A stretch of DNA of 64,000 nucleotides from the human T2T-CHM13v2.0 reference genome, Homo sapiens. The notes below the pieces were generated by a model. It saw only the letters and a list, made by a program, of their open reading frames with translations. It made no database searches and was not told where the DNA came from. The stretch lies in assembly GCF_009914755.1 (NCBI RefSeq), contig NC_060929.1, one strand, 5' to 3'. Position 1 is the first letter of the stretch. The number at the start of each line of letters is the position of its first letter. Shown here one piece after another: positions 24,472 through 39,999 of the stretch. The position numbers and the translations under genes were made by a program.

Positions 24472-26819
24472 TGTCTTTCATAAAAGTTTTTGTCTTCTTA
24501 TTCCTGAAATTCTTTGCCTTCTGAAAAAATGTAATGCACAGATGGAAAAGAAAAAATGTTCTCAGTCTCGTTTGCTGTCAAGAGGGAGTGTTTGTGATAT
24601 TGGTGTTTTTATTTTTACCAATTCTGTCAGTGTGGTCTCTAGCACAGCAGAAGGGAGGAAGTGATTGGGTCTGGGGTGAGAAGATTGTGACTAATTTGCT
24701 TTTAATCAGTCTCTGGCAGCTGATGGAGGAGAACAGGGTCCAAGGTGTTCCTCAGAGGATTTACCTGCCAGGTAAATACTAGCCTTCATGAATCTTCTAT
24801 GAAGAAAACTTTTCAAGCAACCATCTGAGACATGTTGCAATTTTCTTTCTTAGCAACTAGTCATTGCCTCTGAACATGATCAGGTTCTTAACGGTGAGCG
24901 ATTTAAGGCCATAAAAGAATTGTCATAAACAGCTCCCCAGAGCCAAGAGTGCGGCCCAGATTTTAAGCACATAATGGAATCATATCAAAAGCAAGGAGGG
25001 GCAGCAGGAACCATAAATCCTGGAAGTGCAAAATCTGTCCATTGTGAAACTTGTGCTGAAGGGAAACCAGATGTGGATGCTAGAGAGAGAGGGCAGGAGG
25101 GAAAGTGTGGTATGGGGACTCTGAGAACGGGCCCCTGTGTAAGGCTAGATGTCCTGCTGTGTGTTGGCGGAGGCCCGAATTCAAGAGGCTCAGAACCACG
25201 GAAAGCAGGGCGGGTTTGCTCCTGGTGTCGTGGCTGACGGTCCAGTGTCCAAGGAAGAAGGCAGAGGCCGGAGAATTAATGTTCTTGTAGCTACTGTTTC
25301 AGCTGGACTAACAGAAGTATTGTACAAGTTTTTCCTGAGTTTTTGTCTTTGAAGATGAAACATTTGGGGGCAGTTCTTTAAACATGTATTTGAGCTATCA
25401 CAAAGAGACTAAATTTGTTTATCCTGTGGAGGAAAAAAAGCCACTAACACATGTGGAAATCCATTTGGATTGGGATGAAAAACATGATTATCCAAGTTGC
25501 CATCCTTGGCCTGAAATGGGGGGTTTATTTTATTCTGGTAAGCAAAATCCTCTATAAACACCAAGTTGAGCCCTTGCTGAGTGCCTGCTCTGTGCCGGGG
25601 TTGCAGGGCTGCGGGGGCTGCGGGCCAGAGGCTCGGCAGGATGTCTGCAGGCCAGAGAGGCCCTTGCCAGCAGGCTGAGAGAATACTTCAAATGAGTTAC
25701 GGATGCGAGGATTCCAGATGGGGGGCTGTAAGGCAGTCCCATCCAGGTTGGGGATTGGGAATGCTTTCATGAAGCAGGTAGTGGAAATAGACCTTGAAGG
25801 ATGAGGAAGACTGCTCAGGTAGAGAGGGGTGAGTGAAGGTGACCCGCAGGGACAGGGCAGCTGAGGTCCAGCCTGAGGTCAGAACACATGTGATGAGTCA
25901 GGGACTGGCTGGTTTGATGGGAGGTAGAGTATACACAGGGAGTGTGGGCAGCAAGAGGGTATTGCGGAGAGCCTTGAATGCTGCATCAGGAACTCATAAT
26001 TAATTTGACTGGAAAATTGGATTTGGTGCCTAGGTCTGTTTGAGGCCATTTCAACTCCCATTTCACAAACAAAAAAACAAACAAACAAGCAAAAATAAGC
26101 AAAGAACCAAACAAATGATACCATTCTGAAGACAGTACAGCATCACTGAAGAGAAAAAGGGGCACATGGAACTTTCCATCCTTCCCAGAACCAGTCCAGC
26201 CTGTGCCCGTGCACAGAAACTTTCACATAATGACAGTCACACTGCATAATCCTGTGTACGCATCTTTCTTTGGGGCACACTGTTTCATAAACGCTGTATA
26301 ATCCCCACTTTAAATGCCTAGGGAGGTTTAAAAGGTCCTGGGGTGAAATACAGATTTTATGAAATGTGAACAACTTCCAGCTAAATGATTTTAAATTTGG
26401 GGTTCTCAAAGAGTGTCTCTAGTTTATACTTGCAGTGGCTTGGGAAGCCCTTAGACCTTGGCTTCCCCATTTCCCTCAACCACATGCTCCCATAGTGCGA
26501 CGAAAAGGGAACTGTGTCATGGTTGTCACAGTCTGCCTGGTCCCTGATAGGTGGCTGGGCTGACACCAGGCACTGGGCTCAGTCCTGTAGGGGCTCCAGG
26601 TTAATTTTCCAAGTCAATATGCTGAAGGGCCAAGGCCCTGAAATATCAGCTTGTCAAAGTTAGTTTCTAGTAACTATTGGTAACATTTACGGGCCTCTGT
26701 GTCTTGCTGAGTGTGCCCATTTTCAGTGTATTTGGTGGTTGATGCATTCATTCATACTTTGAATTTGGGATGTCCCATGTAGTATTGCAAAAAGGGAAGA
26801 TTTTAAAGATGCATTTTAA

Positions 26820-27135
<316 letters not shown>

Positions 27136-30100
27136 AAGATGCATTTTAAATCCAGTCTATTGGTTTTCATTATGAGGTAAATTCCCAGATTTGCTTTTTT
27201 GTTTTTTTTGGAGGCAGAGAAAAGCACCACATTTCTGGTGGTGCCTGGGAATAGCGATTTGGGAAGTTCTTGTTCAGGGCTCCCTGTACCTATCCCATAT
27301 CCATGGCAAGATAAAACCCTTTTAAGGATAGGGCTTTCCTGGTGCATATAGGGCCCCCAACATGGGAAGTCCATGTGAACTGACTCCCAGGGAACTGGAC
27401 CTCCCTCCTCTCCTTCACCCCATCAATGTGCAGAGGAACACCCTCTGAGCAAAGCCTGCCTGGGTTGCAGTTGGAGAACCCTGAAGAGCTGGAGGAGGGC
27501 CTTTCCCACACCATCCCTGCCCATGGGCCCCCGGCCCCAGCCAGCCTGCAGGGCCTGAGAGCTCTGCATGGTCCCTGAGTGCCTTTGCTCTGTGTCTGGG
27601 CCTGTAAAACTGCTTGGAGCCCCCAAGAATGCACCACACTCCTCTTGCAAAATCACCCTTTATTTGTGTGGGTTTTTTTTTCCTTTTTTAAAATGAAGGC
27701 ACCTGGTTCCCTTAAGCTCGGGGCTTCTCAGAGGGCTGGGGGCTGAGCTAGTGGAGGAGAACAGAGACCTGCTGGGGGACCGTAAAGCTTGAACGTTTCC
27801 AGGGCTGCTGCTGGCCCACCCCCACCCCAACACCTATGCTGGGGGTTACGCTGTTCCCTGTCCTGCAAAGAGGGTGGGAGGCTTTGGAGAAAAGACAATA
27901 GGCTGGCTTTGTGAGACCTGAGATCCAGACACGCCATGGCTCTCAGGCAGGGCAGCCCAAAGAGGGCATTGGCTGCAGGCCTACCGTGTGCTTTACAGAC
28001 AACATCTCTTTGAGTTCTCAACCCATCCCAATGTTCGGCACATGCCCATTGGCGATGAGAATAAATGACTTTTTGGAAGTCACCCAGCCTGTGGGCAGAG
28101 CTGGCTGTGAACTCTCAACCCTCCTGACTCTAAGGCTCATGTGCCACCACAGCATCATCCTGCCTCTCAGTGCTGCCTGGCACTCAGGTAGGAGCCTCCA
28201 GGGTATCTGGGTGACCAGAGCTGCCTTCTCTCCAAAGCTTTCCCCTAACTGCAGGGTGCCTGTGATTCCACTATTAAGCTGCACTTCTCTGGGGTCCCTA
28301 CACCCCCATGATGATGCAAATGCAAAGCATCGGAGGTCACACAATGACCCTGCAGATATTCTCATGCCACTCTGGGAGGCAGGCATTCTGATCCCCTTTT
28401 AGGGTATAAAGAAACTGAGACCCAGAGCAGAGAAGGGACTTACTCAGGGCACAGAAGTGTGGCGCATTTGTTCTCAATTGTTTGCCTGATGTCTAGAATA
28501 GTGCCTGGTGCATCACTTGGATGTTCGGGGGATGGTCCTTCTGTGCCATGGAACATGACTCAGGACCTGGAGGCAGGAGCACGGGCCTACACCACCCATC
28601 ATAGCTGCCTTCTGGGCCCACCTCCAATTTCAGTGGCAGCTGTGTTGGACAGTTCTGACTCACCTCTCCCTGCCTCAACCCACCTGGAGTGTTCCATGTA
28701 TCCTGCTTTCTTCTGCAGCGCTTGCTCCAGCCTACGCAGCTCCCATTGCTTTTCCTCAAACAGCCTGGAGATGTGGAAGGGGCTTTGGGTGGCCAGAGTG
28801 CATACCTCTGGGGCAGATCCCAGCCAATGGGGAGTGGGAGCTGGTGAGTGACTGTTCTGGCCCTGCCTTTCAAGGAGCGGTTCTGGGAGGCAATTGAATG
28901 CTTTCAGAGACCCTGGCAAAATGGGGGCCCTATTGCCTATACCTGTGACGTTGACACCCACCTTACCTTTTCTCCTTTTAGTCTCTCTCTCCTTGCTCCC
29001 TCCCTCCTGCTTCCTGGGATTTCTCCCAAATAGATCACTCAGGCTCTGTGAGCGGAGAACCTAAGCTAAGCAGCTTCTTGGCTGAACCTGCCCCCAACTC
29101 TTCAGAGGCAGTGAGGAACTCCTGGGATGGGAGACTTTGTAGTATGAAAGGCCTTTGAGAACCACAAAGCTCTGTGGTTCTCAAAGAGAACCAGCTCTGC
29201 TTGTGTTAGAGTGGGAAACAGGCCAAGTTAGAGGACTGACTGGCCCAAGGTCCCTTAGTGCCAAGGCAGGACTAGAGCTTGGCATCCTATCTCTGAGGCA
29301 AGGATCTACGGTGAGAAGAGGCTCCATGCCTGTCTCCTGGATTTGGTGAAGTGGTGGCAGGAGGAGAAACATGAGCTGATGTGCCACACACCTACTAAGC
29401 GCTGAGCCCTTCACCCCCGTGGCCTCATCAGGGAGGCGTGATGAAGCCTGGCCTATCAGGAACAGGTGTTTTCTGCTGCTCCAGGAGTGCTCTTCCATTC
29501 CTAAACATCTTGACTTTGTTCTGTCTCTGAAAGTTCATTATGAGATGTTCATGCCTTTGGGATGTAGTAAGTGCTCATCAGATTAGTACCAGGACTGTAT
29601 CTGTAGAACGCATGTGTAACAGGTGTCACTGGCAAATGCACACCATTATAGAGAAGGGCGTGTTAAGGGCTCAGCTGGCAGTGCTTGAGGAAATAGCTCA
29701 TGAAAGGTTAAATCTCTTGGAAAAGGAAAGTGGCAAGGTGTGATTTACTGGAAGAGGAAGGCAAGTCAGGAATGAGGGAGTGAGCGTGTGTGTATGTGTG
29801 TGTGAGAGAGAGATTGAGAGAGAGACAGTGAGAGAGAGCACCACAGGTGTGTCCTGAAATGGTCTAGAGATGGCCCTGAGAGGCAGCAAGGTAAAGTGAG
29901 GGCGCTGGGAACTTTGGGGAGAGCTGGTTCCCATGCAGGTACTAGAGAGTGAAGAACAGACATCTGTGGCTTTCAGAAACTCTGAAACTGCCAAAAGCAT
30001 CAATGCCTTAAGGCAGAACTCTCAGGCCCAGAGAGAAAGAGAGAGTGCAGTGTGGGGTAGAGCTTGAGAGACAGAGACGCTTGGTATAAACGTTCTATAA

Positions 30101-31529
30101 CTTATATGAATATCACTGGCTGCCCTGAACCACCACTGAAGCTCCTGGAGCTCTAGCACCTGTCAGGGGAAATTCCCCACCAGAGCTCAGCAGGACCCAG
30201 GCTCCCGGCTTCCTGACTCCTGTTTAATAGTGAGGGCTCAGGTCTGAGGACTCAGAGCACACTCTCCAGGCTTTCAAGGTTGTATTGCATTGTTCCCCCC
30301 ACACCCCTCCTTTCTGATTGACCAGTCCCTCATTTCTAGTCACGGCTGATGGAGTCCTCAGTGTTCTCCACTCCTGAGGTCAGAAGCCAGGACTTCTTGA
30401 TCTTGGAATCTGTAGGGCTATGTGCATGGCAGGGCCACAGGAAGATGCTGAGTATAGGCTTCTTGTTCCTGCAGAGGCTCACCTACAGCTGGTTTTCTGT
30501 GCTGTGACCCACAGTCAGCCACAGGCACAATGCACGTGTCTTAACCTCAGGTCAACACTCAATGGATATTTCGTGTTTCTAGCCTCTGGCAGATCCAATC
30601 AGAATAGGAGATAAAAATGGGGCTTTGATGGATCTGGGAAGCAATTCCATTTAATTAAGTAGCATTTGAAGTTGATTAAGCTGCATCTGTGGTTTCCAGC
30701 ACCATAGACAAAGTTCCAAGGGCTTCTCCCAGGAGGCAGATGGAGGACAGCGCCTTCAGGTACTGACTGATAAGCTAAAACTATTGCAGTGGTCCATTTC
30801 TGTGAGAACCTGACATCCAGGGCTTTGAGGAGTAGTCCCTACTCCAGATATTCTTTTATTAGATCTTGTACTTAGATTATGGATCTTGGAGATGTAATCG
30901 ATGGACCTTTGAAGTCTGATCATAGCGTTAGTTGTAATTAACAAACTGAATGACAGACAAACGTTCTGAAATGGGAGGAAGAGTTAATGGGGACATTATT
31001 GTTCTTTGTGGAGTCATAGCTGGGAGAAATGTTGGAGTCAAGGCTTGCTAACTTCTGGGACCAGCCCCCCTGGTCACTGGCTGGATGGGACTGAATGCTT
31101 TGTGACCACAGGAACTGCATCATCTTGTTTACCTGGCACAGTATCTGATACACAGCATGGTCTTGCTAAATAATTACAGAATGAATGAACAGTCCCCCGA
31201 GGGATAGCCCTAGGTAAGAACACAAGGCTTAGTCAGGAGCAAAAGAGGAACTCTCAAACACGGTGACTTTAGTGGTCAAGGAGTCAGAGGGCTGCCACAA
31301 TGACTTCATCTTCAATTTCTGAGGACCTGAGTATAAAAATCAGCTCTTTTAAAGCTTTGGTGTTGGCTGGGATAGACATCTATTTAGTTACAGAACTGTT
31401 CTTTGTTTAAATTTCCCTTGGGAGAAAGTGGCTTCAGTTGGGGATACTTAAGTAGAACCAGAGGCTTGGTGAAACCTGACACATCCCTGACCCCCAAGTC
31501 CCATTACAACCTAGAACACAGTAAGACAC

Positions 31530-31700
31530 TGCGTGATGTGGTGGAAAGTCTAGGACTCTGGCGCCAGAGAACACTAGCTCCAAATCCTGCTGTCTCACTC
31601 TCTAGCTGTGTGACTTCTGGCACTTGATCTCAGTTTCCTAATTTGTAAAATGGAGCCAGGTCAGTACCCTCATAGGATGATTGTGAAGATTGCATCAGAC
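31530..31700 (+). mobile_element. MIR SINE
   Basis: agctgtgtgact...ctcagtttcctaatttgtaaaatgg. Confidence 0.7.
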
Positions 31701-32739
31701 TTACCCCAGTCCTTGGCATGTGGGAGGGGTCTGGACAGTGTTGGGGGGTCATGGTTGAACTAAACCTAACCCTAACTGTTCTTCCTCTTGGTTGGCCCCC
31801 AAGGGGAAGAGCAAAAGCACAGCAGTAGGCAGCAAGGATGTCATTGTTGCCAAAGGGGTCAGTGAAAGGGAGTGGGTGAATACAAAACCTGGCCACACCT
31901 CAGCTGCTCTCACGGCATCACTGCTTGGAGGGTGCCCAGATCCCTCCTATGCATAGCATTTGACAGCATGAAGAGCACCTTCACACACAGGCTCAGGTAA
32001 GCCTTTTTGTCTTCCTGTTAGGCAGGAGGCCCAATGATCATGATGCATATTTCACAGATAAAGAAACTGAGGTGCAGTGAGGGAAAGGGTGCTGGAAGTT
32101 CAGTTAAGATGGAATCAGAACCTTGGTCTCTCAACTCCTAGTCCAGGGAAGCAGGCCTCAGCCTCATCGATCTGAGGCTAGGCCTGCTTGGATCTGAGGC
32201 TAGGCCTAGGACACTGTCTCAGGCCTCATTTCCAAACAGTCCCTGGTGGAGGCAGGTGGAGCCCTCCATCTTTAGGCAGGCTGGTGAACCCAGAACCCAC
32301 CTGCCTTAATTCTATGAACCCCCCTCTCCCTTACCCTGCTCCACTCTCATGCAGCCCCTGTCACTTGCTGTGTTTGGAGACAAGATTTTATGGGCAGGGC
32401 TATGGGATTGCTTGCCTAAATCCTTGGGCATTGCCATTCCCACTGTATGTCCCTGGAGTTGTGGGACATGGTGATTCCACCCAACCTCATGGGCTCTAGG
32501 AGGTCAGAGCTGCCAAGGGCCCCACACTGGATTGGAAGGTTATTGATGGACAGGCACCGCCAACCAGGAACATAGAGCTTCCAATGGACAGACACCACTC
32601 ACCATGGACATAGGCTCACCTATCCAGGGAACTCCCCCTTGGCAAGTTAGAAAAGCTGTCGTGTCTGTCACCTTGAAAACTTCAGAGTTTTGCTGGGTAG
32701 ACATAACATTCATGTTTGTGGGACTGTTGTGTGGTGGCA

Positions 32740-32980
32740 GAAAGGAGGGGGTGAAGAGAGCAGGGGCTTTGAATTGAGATGGGCTTGCGCATACATGCTA
32801 GCTCTGTTTCTTAGATGTGTGACTGCTCTGAGACTCCATTTCTTCATTTGTAAATTAAGTGTAATTATTATTATATGCATCTCATAGTGATATTGTGAAG
32901 ATTACATGAAGAAATACTTGTAAAGCCCATGACAGTGACTGGCACATAGTACATGCTCCATACCTGTTAACTGTCATTAT
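32740..32980 (+). mobile_element. MIR SINE
   Basis: tttcttcatttgtaaa...acagtgactggcacatagta. Confidence 0.7.
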
Positions 32981-34359
32981 CATAATTCACTCATTCAACC
33001 CAGGTTGCATCTATTCACACACGCATCAGTATAAGGCCCCTAGCAGGCACGATCACAAGCACGATGACTAAATGATCCTCTTGGTCCTTTTGGGCACCAG
33101 CCCTCCCAGAGTGGACATCATCAGGTGCTTTCTGTTTTCTGGGCATCTCCACCTGTCACTCGGCCAACCCCTTACCCTTGCCAGAACTGCCTCACTTAGG
33201 AGATCTGAGGCTAGGGCTGAAAAACAAGTCTGCACAATTCGTGAATTATTATTGATAGCCAAATAGTTACCCAACTTTATCTATTTTTGTGTGTATAGAC
33301 ATTTCATACAAAAATTTTAAAAGATTCTGTGAACATTCTGTATATTTGATTTCCATGATTGGAGCCCTAGGGGTGTTTTTTCAGAATATTTTATGTAAAA
33401 GAGACAAGTGATAATTGTTTATACTCAATTGGTAACCATAGAGATGAAACTCCACCAGATCAAAGTATGAAGGTAATTAACTCCCTGCAAATTATAGTTG
33501 TTGAACTTATGCACAGAGACATGTGACTTCACTCATGGGCCAAGGAAAAATCTCTGGGGAAGGAAAAGGATTAGCAAGGACTTAACAGCAACACCATGTC
33601 CCCATACCTGTCAAGACCGAGGGTTTAGCCTCCGTAGTCCTCAAAGTCAGATGTATCTTGACTCTCTTCTCTTCACTTCCATTGTCTGAATGATCTCTTT
33701 CCTGACTCACTGAGCCGGAGGGTGTAGGCACTGAAATGAGCAGAGGTGCTCAGTTGTCCGTGGGGCTGCTGAGGAGCGAGTGGTTGTCAGCCCCTTCTTG
33801 CCTGCAATCTCCATTTGCCACCCCCTCCATTCTTGAATTTGGACAAGGGGAATTTTCTTATCCTGTGTAAACTGCTAAGCAAGTGGAGCTTCATGCCCCA
33901 CTTTTCATTAGATTGACCTTCCTGAGTGCTCCCTCCATACTGATTGCACTATCATTTTGGTAGCCTCCAAATGACCACGGGACAGCCTTTGGGAGACAGT
34001 TCTGCTTTAATGTGGTGTAGCGTAATGATTGGGGGTGCACTTGGCAGAGGGCTGAAACCCAGCTCTGCCACTGACTAGCTGTGTGACCTTGGGTGAGAGA
34101 TGCTAAGTAAGCATGTCTATGACTCAGTCGTCTTTTGAAAAAAGAGCCAATAGTAGGTTGTGAGGAGACAATGCATGTAAAAGCCCCAGCATAGTGCCTA
34201 GCATATCAGACAGGGCTCTTAACCCCAGACAGAGAGTCAGTGACTTGCTCAAGGTCATACTTAAACTTATAAGGTTGATTTGAGGATTAAATGAGTTAAT
34301 GTATTAATATTTACAGCTCATAGAGTAGTGCCAGGCACATATCTCTATCTCTATCTCAG

Positions 34360-35271
<912 letters not shown>

Positions 35272-35599
35272 CTAGGATGACTGCAAGTGATCAAAAAAAG
35301 TGACATAATTATTATCATTATTGTAGTTATGTTGGCTTTCCTGGGCAGCCTGGCTTCAGGAGGACTCACAAATTTGATTGTCCCCTATAAAACAATTTTA
35401 AGGATTTCCTTCTGCTTTAGGGGCTTCCCTTACCCAGTGGTTCTTCCTATTGCATTATCTCATTTAACAGCATCATCATTTCTCCTTCCACCATATTGCC
35501 TGTGCCAGGAACTTGGACCACTCTGACTTGTTTTCCTTCCTCACTAACATGTTCACCCAACCACTCACCAAGCTTTGTATAGCTTCTACAATGGCATAC

Positions 35600-36289
35600 T
35601 GTTAACTGAAGAATCATGAGGTTCATCAATATGAAAAGGAAAGCTTCATTTCTTATAAAGGGTTGCAGCCTGCAGGCTGGCTACCCTGCAGACTGGGAAG
35701 CATAGCCTGTGGCAGAAGCTGAAAGCAGGCACTTCACAGAAGAAAAGAGTGAGGTAGGAATTTATGCTGAACAGGTCGGCTAAGTATATAAATATATTCA
35801 ATAGGTTATAGGAGGAACTATGAATATTCATAAAGAGGGACACACACACATGTGTAGTAAGCAAACATGCATGTTATATACATCCCATTTTCACTTTGGG
35901 GTGGAGTATTAACATTTAAATGCATTAAAATTAGGCTCTGTACATCATAAAGTGAAATGGAGGACATAGAGGCATCCTGTGCGCAGCGTCCGTAAACCAG
36001 CAGAACCAGTCTGTGGTCGGTGGTCTCTTATCAGGAAGGAATGCTGCACAGTTGCTGTGTCAAAACAGCAAAAGTAGAGGGGAGTGCAGCTGGGCTGGAT
36101 TCTATTTAACTCTTAGGAAAGAAAGTCTAATGGCAGTGAGTGAAGGAGGGGATATAACGAGGTGTGTCTGACCTCCCTTCTCGTCATGGCCAGGAACTCA
36201 CTATTTTAAGGCTTCTCTGGGGTCGTCTTGGCCAAGAGTGTGACTCATTCAGTTGGTTCGGGGGCTTAGGATTTTGTCTTTATTTCTAA
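35600..36289 (-). mobile_element. Solo ERV1 LTR (MER39/MER4-group)
   Basis: Minus strand starts agaaataaagacaaaatcctaagcccc...cttggccaag..ccccagagaa and ends gttaaca; 4-bp TSD atac. Confidence 0.8.
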
Positions 36290-37649
36290 ATACCAACTCA
36301 TCCCTCAGCCCATTGCCACAGCCCTGTCAAGTCTTCATCACACTCTTGGAGATGGACAGTGTGGCTGCCTTCTCCCTGGCCTCCCAGCTTCCAAGCTTAT
36401 TCTCACCCAGATGGTCATGCTTGCTTCTCATTTTGGGAACTGCTATCTGAGTCTGTGGCTGTACACATCCCTCCCAGGCTGTCTGAGTTGGCATCCTTAG
36501 AGCTCATGGATATTGGAGTGCCCCGCTCCTGTCAGATTCTGATAGGCAGTCTTTGGGGGTTTGCTGTAATCAGGTTACCCATTGTTCCCCTTTCTCTTCT
36601 TCCTTGGCCATGCATAAGTTGGAGGCTACTATGTCGTGTTGGGATCTGCAGGTAGTCCAGCCCTTTATCAATCGCTGGGGCACTTCTAGAACAACTGGAA
36701 GCAGGAGTGGGCTGCTGGGGAAACCGAGGCTGGGAGTTGTGAGGCCCAGGCAGCACTGGCTGTGTGAATGGCCACTCCAGCTGCATGTTTCTTCCGCATG
36801 CACTCCTGACCACAGACCAGCACAAGAAGCTGCTTGTTCTTCCTTCCTCCCTTCCTTATTTCCTTCCTTCCTTCCTTCTCTTGTTCATTTTATCCAGCCA
36901 GTGTTTCTTGGTGCCACCTTTGGCCTGATCCTGTATAAGGAGCTGGCATGCAGGAGGAGCAGCCTCAGTTCTGGCCTTCGCACTCCCAGGCTTGCCCAGG
37001 ATGGGGCTGCCTCCCCAGAAGCCTTGTAGAACTTTAAAAATTTGGGGGACGTCAGCACATAGCAATGACCTTGGGAAGAGGAGTCTATTCCTGTCTGTCC
37101 CTGCCATAACATATCTAAGAAAAAAAAAAACATTTGTATTTCTACATACTCCCCCCTCCCTTGGCCAACCCCCTTGGGGCTCAATATCTCACTCATCACT
37201 TTTGCTGTGTTTGAGTTGTCAAGGATACTTCTTCTGGCCTCATTACAGCTTTTCATGCTGGGAACTGTGTCTTTGGGTGTGGTTTTTGATTGATTAAAAG
37301 TAGGTTAAAGTAATGAGGTAGATGGAGGCGCTTCTAAGGGCCTTCACGGCTCTGATGCTGATGGATGAGACATTTCAAAGGAACAGCTTGGAGAGCAGAT
37401 GAATAATGTGGTTCTCCTGCTCCCTGTGGGCAGGGCCCTCATCCCTACATTCTCGGCTGCTCACTGCCCAAGCCCCAAGGCTATAAGTTTGTGGATTTTG
37501 AGGATCCACAAGTCAGGGACTGAAGTGCTGGAGTCCTTTGAGGGGGTGTACCCTGGGACCCAGCTGGACTTTTCCACCGAATGGCTGGGTTGACAGGGAA
37601 CACATCTTCTCTTCTCCTGCTCAGAATTGTGCCCATGCTGTCTCCCTGA

Positions 37650-38130
<481 letters not shown>

Positions 38131-38959
38131 CAAGTGTTTTTTGACTAACTGACTGACTAAATGGATGAATGAACAAGTTAATCCTTCCCCAGCTTCACAG
38201 AGTTGGTCACATAAGTGGGAAGTCAAAAAACCAACCACAGAAGACACTGAAGAGTGAAGGGCTGACCACTGTGGGGAGGAAGTGACTAGGGAAGTTCCGA
38301 CTGCTGAGGTCACCCCATCCGTGAGGCCACTCCATCCATGGGACAAGTAAGTCATTTAATGGCTCTTGACACCAAGGTGTTCATTCGTGATAATAACCGC
38401 TGCCTGCCTCCTGTCCTTGAAGCTCTCTGGTGGGGGTCATGTAAGAACACTTTGCATACTGTTTTGTGCACATGTGAGAGGTTGCCACTGCTGAGGGCTG
38501 GCTCTTCCCACAGGTACCTCTTGCTGCCATCCTGGGGAATCTGGCCTTTCCTTAATTCTCACCTTCCTAGACATCTCTGGGAACCTTCCAGGGAAATATT
38601 CTTGTATCCTTGAGCAGCTCATGTGTACTTGAAGAATTTGTCTTCACCTTGTCTACAACTCCTAGGAGAAAGTGTCACTCTCCCCTCTCTCCATCTTGAC
38701 TGGAACCCATGGGTCACACAGTTTTGAAGAAACTCCCTTTCCTCCCCAAGCTTTGAACTTCCTTACAGCTTTCTCTGGTGGGTCCCACTCCGTTGCTTCC
38801 CTGGCCATCTCCTACCAGACTGCAGGGACAGTGAGCTGCTCATCTGGACTTCTTGCCCTCTCTGATCTATTCATCTCCCAACAGCTGCCAAAGCGAAGGC
38901 CTGGCTGAGCCAAAAGAAACTGTATTCTTGAATTCCTGGGGAGGTCACGTGTGCAAGCT

Positions 38960-39160
38960 TTGATGTCCAAAGACTAGAGTTTGAATCCAGCAGTGTGCTC
39001 CCTTGCTCAGTGACCCCGGGTGGTCACTTAATGTTTCTGGGCATTGGTTTCTTCTTTTTATAAAACATGGTTAACAATGTCTACTGCACAGGTTTATAGT
39101 GAGGAATAACTTCAATGTTAATCACTTGTACAGTGCCTGCCACTTAGTAGGAGCTCAAAG
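38960..39160 (+). mobile_element. MIR SINE
   Basis: gtttgaatcc...gtcacttaa...acagtgcctgccacttagtagg. Confidence 0.65.
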
Positions 39161-39740
39161 AGGATTAGTGCACCTGTCTCTGGCACATGCTAGACATTTA
39201 TCCAGAAACTTCCTATCTCTTAATTTTTTGTAAATAATGTGTACAGAGCCAGGGCCCACAGCAAATACAGTGAGCCTATAACATGGTGAGAATCAGCTCT
39301 GATGAACAAAAGAGGATAACTTGTGTTTGGATTCGTATATGCTTGTATGTGCTGCTAAAGGAATTGAGAACACTCAGTAAGGCCAAACATTTCCCTCACA
39401 AATGTGTTCACCAATGTACTTTCCCCAAATCATTTACAACCCCCTGCCCCAAGAGATTCCACATCAGTTCAGTGAGACTTTGCCACAGGTGAGTGGACTT
39501 CTGCAGACCTGGGATGGACCTGGCTTCCAGGAGGCTGCCTCCCCTGCCCTAGTCCCCATAAATGGGCTTATGTACAATGGTTTGGTCATCTCTACTCCCT
39601 GAAGTTTTTGAGTTATGGGGTTAGGGGTTCTACTAACTAAGTAGGTTTAGTTACTAAGTAGAATATTTGTGTGTTTATTTTCTTATTGCAAAGCATTGCC
39701 ACCGGGGGCTTTGTAGCCATCAGTCCTTGCATGGAGTTTT

Positions 39741-39999
39741 CTTTTTTTTTTTCTTTCTTTTTTTTTTTTATTATACTTTAAGTTTTAGGGTACATGTGCA
39801 CAACGTGCAGGTTTGTTACATATGTATACATGTGCCATGTTGGTTTGCTGCACCCATTAACTCGTCATTTACATTAGGTATATCTCCTAATACTATCCCT
39901 CCCCTCTCCCCCCACCCCACGACAGGCCCTGGTGTGTGATGTTCCTCTTCCTGTGTCCAAGCGTTCTCATTGTTCAATTCCCACCTATGAGTGAGAACA
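39741..39999 (-). mobile_element. Young primate L1 (L1PA) 3' end, 5'-truncated to ~260 bp
   Basis: ttattatactttaagttttagggtacatgtgcacaacgtgcagg; TSD ccttgcatggagtttt/ccttgcatgtagtttt. Confidence 0.96.

Noticed and set aside
39628-39663. Imperfect inverted/direct repeat ttctactaactaagtagg...actaagtagaa (similar micro-duplications at ~50778-50812, ~53629-53652, ~60322-60365)
   Set aside because: Short and consistent with ordinary slippage; no functional context.
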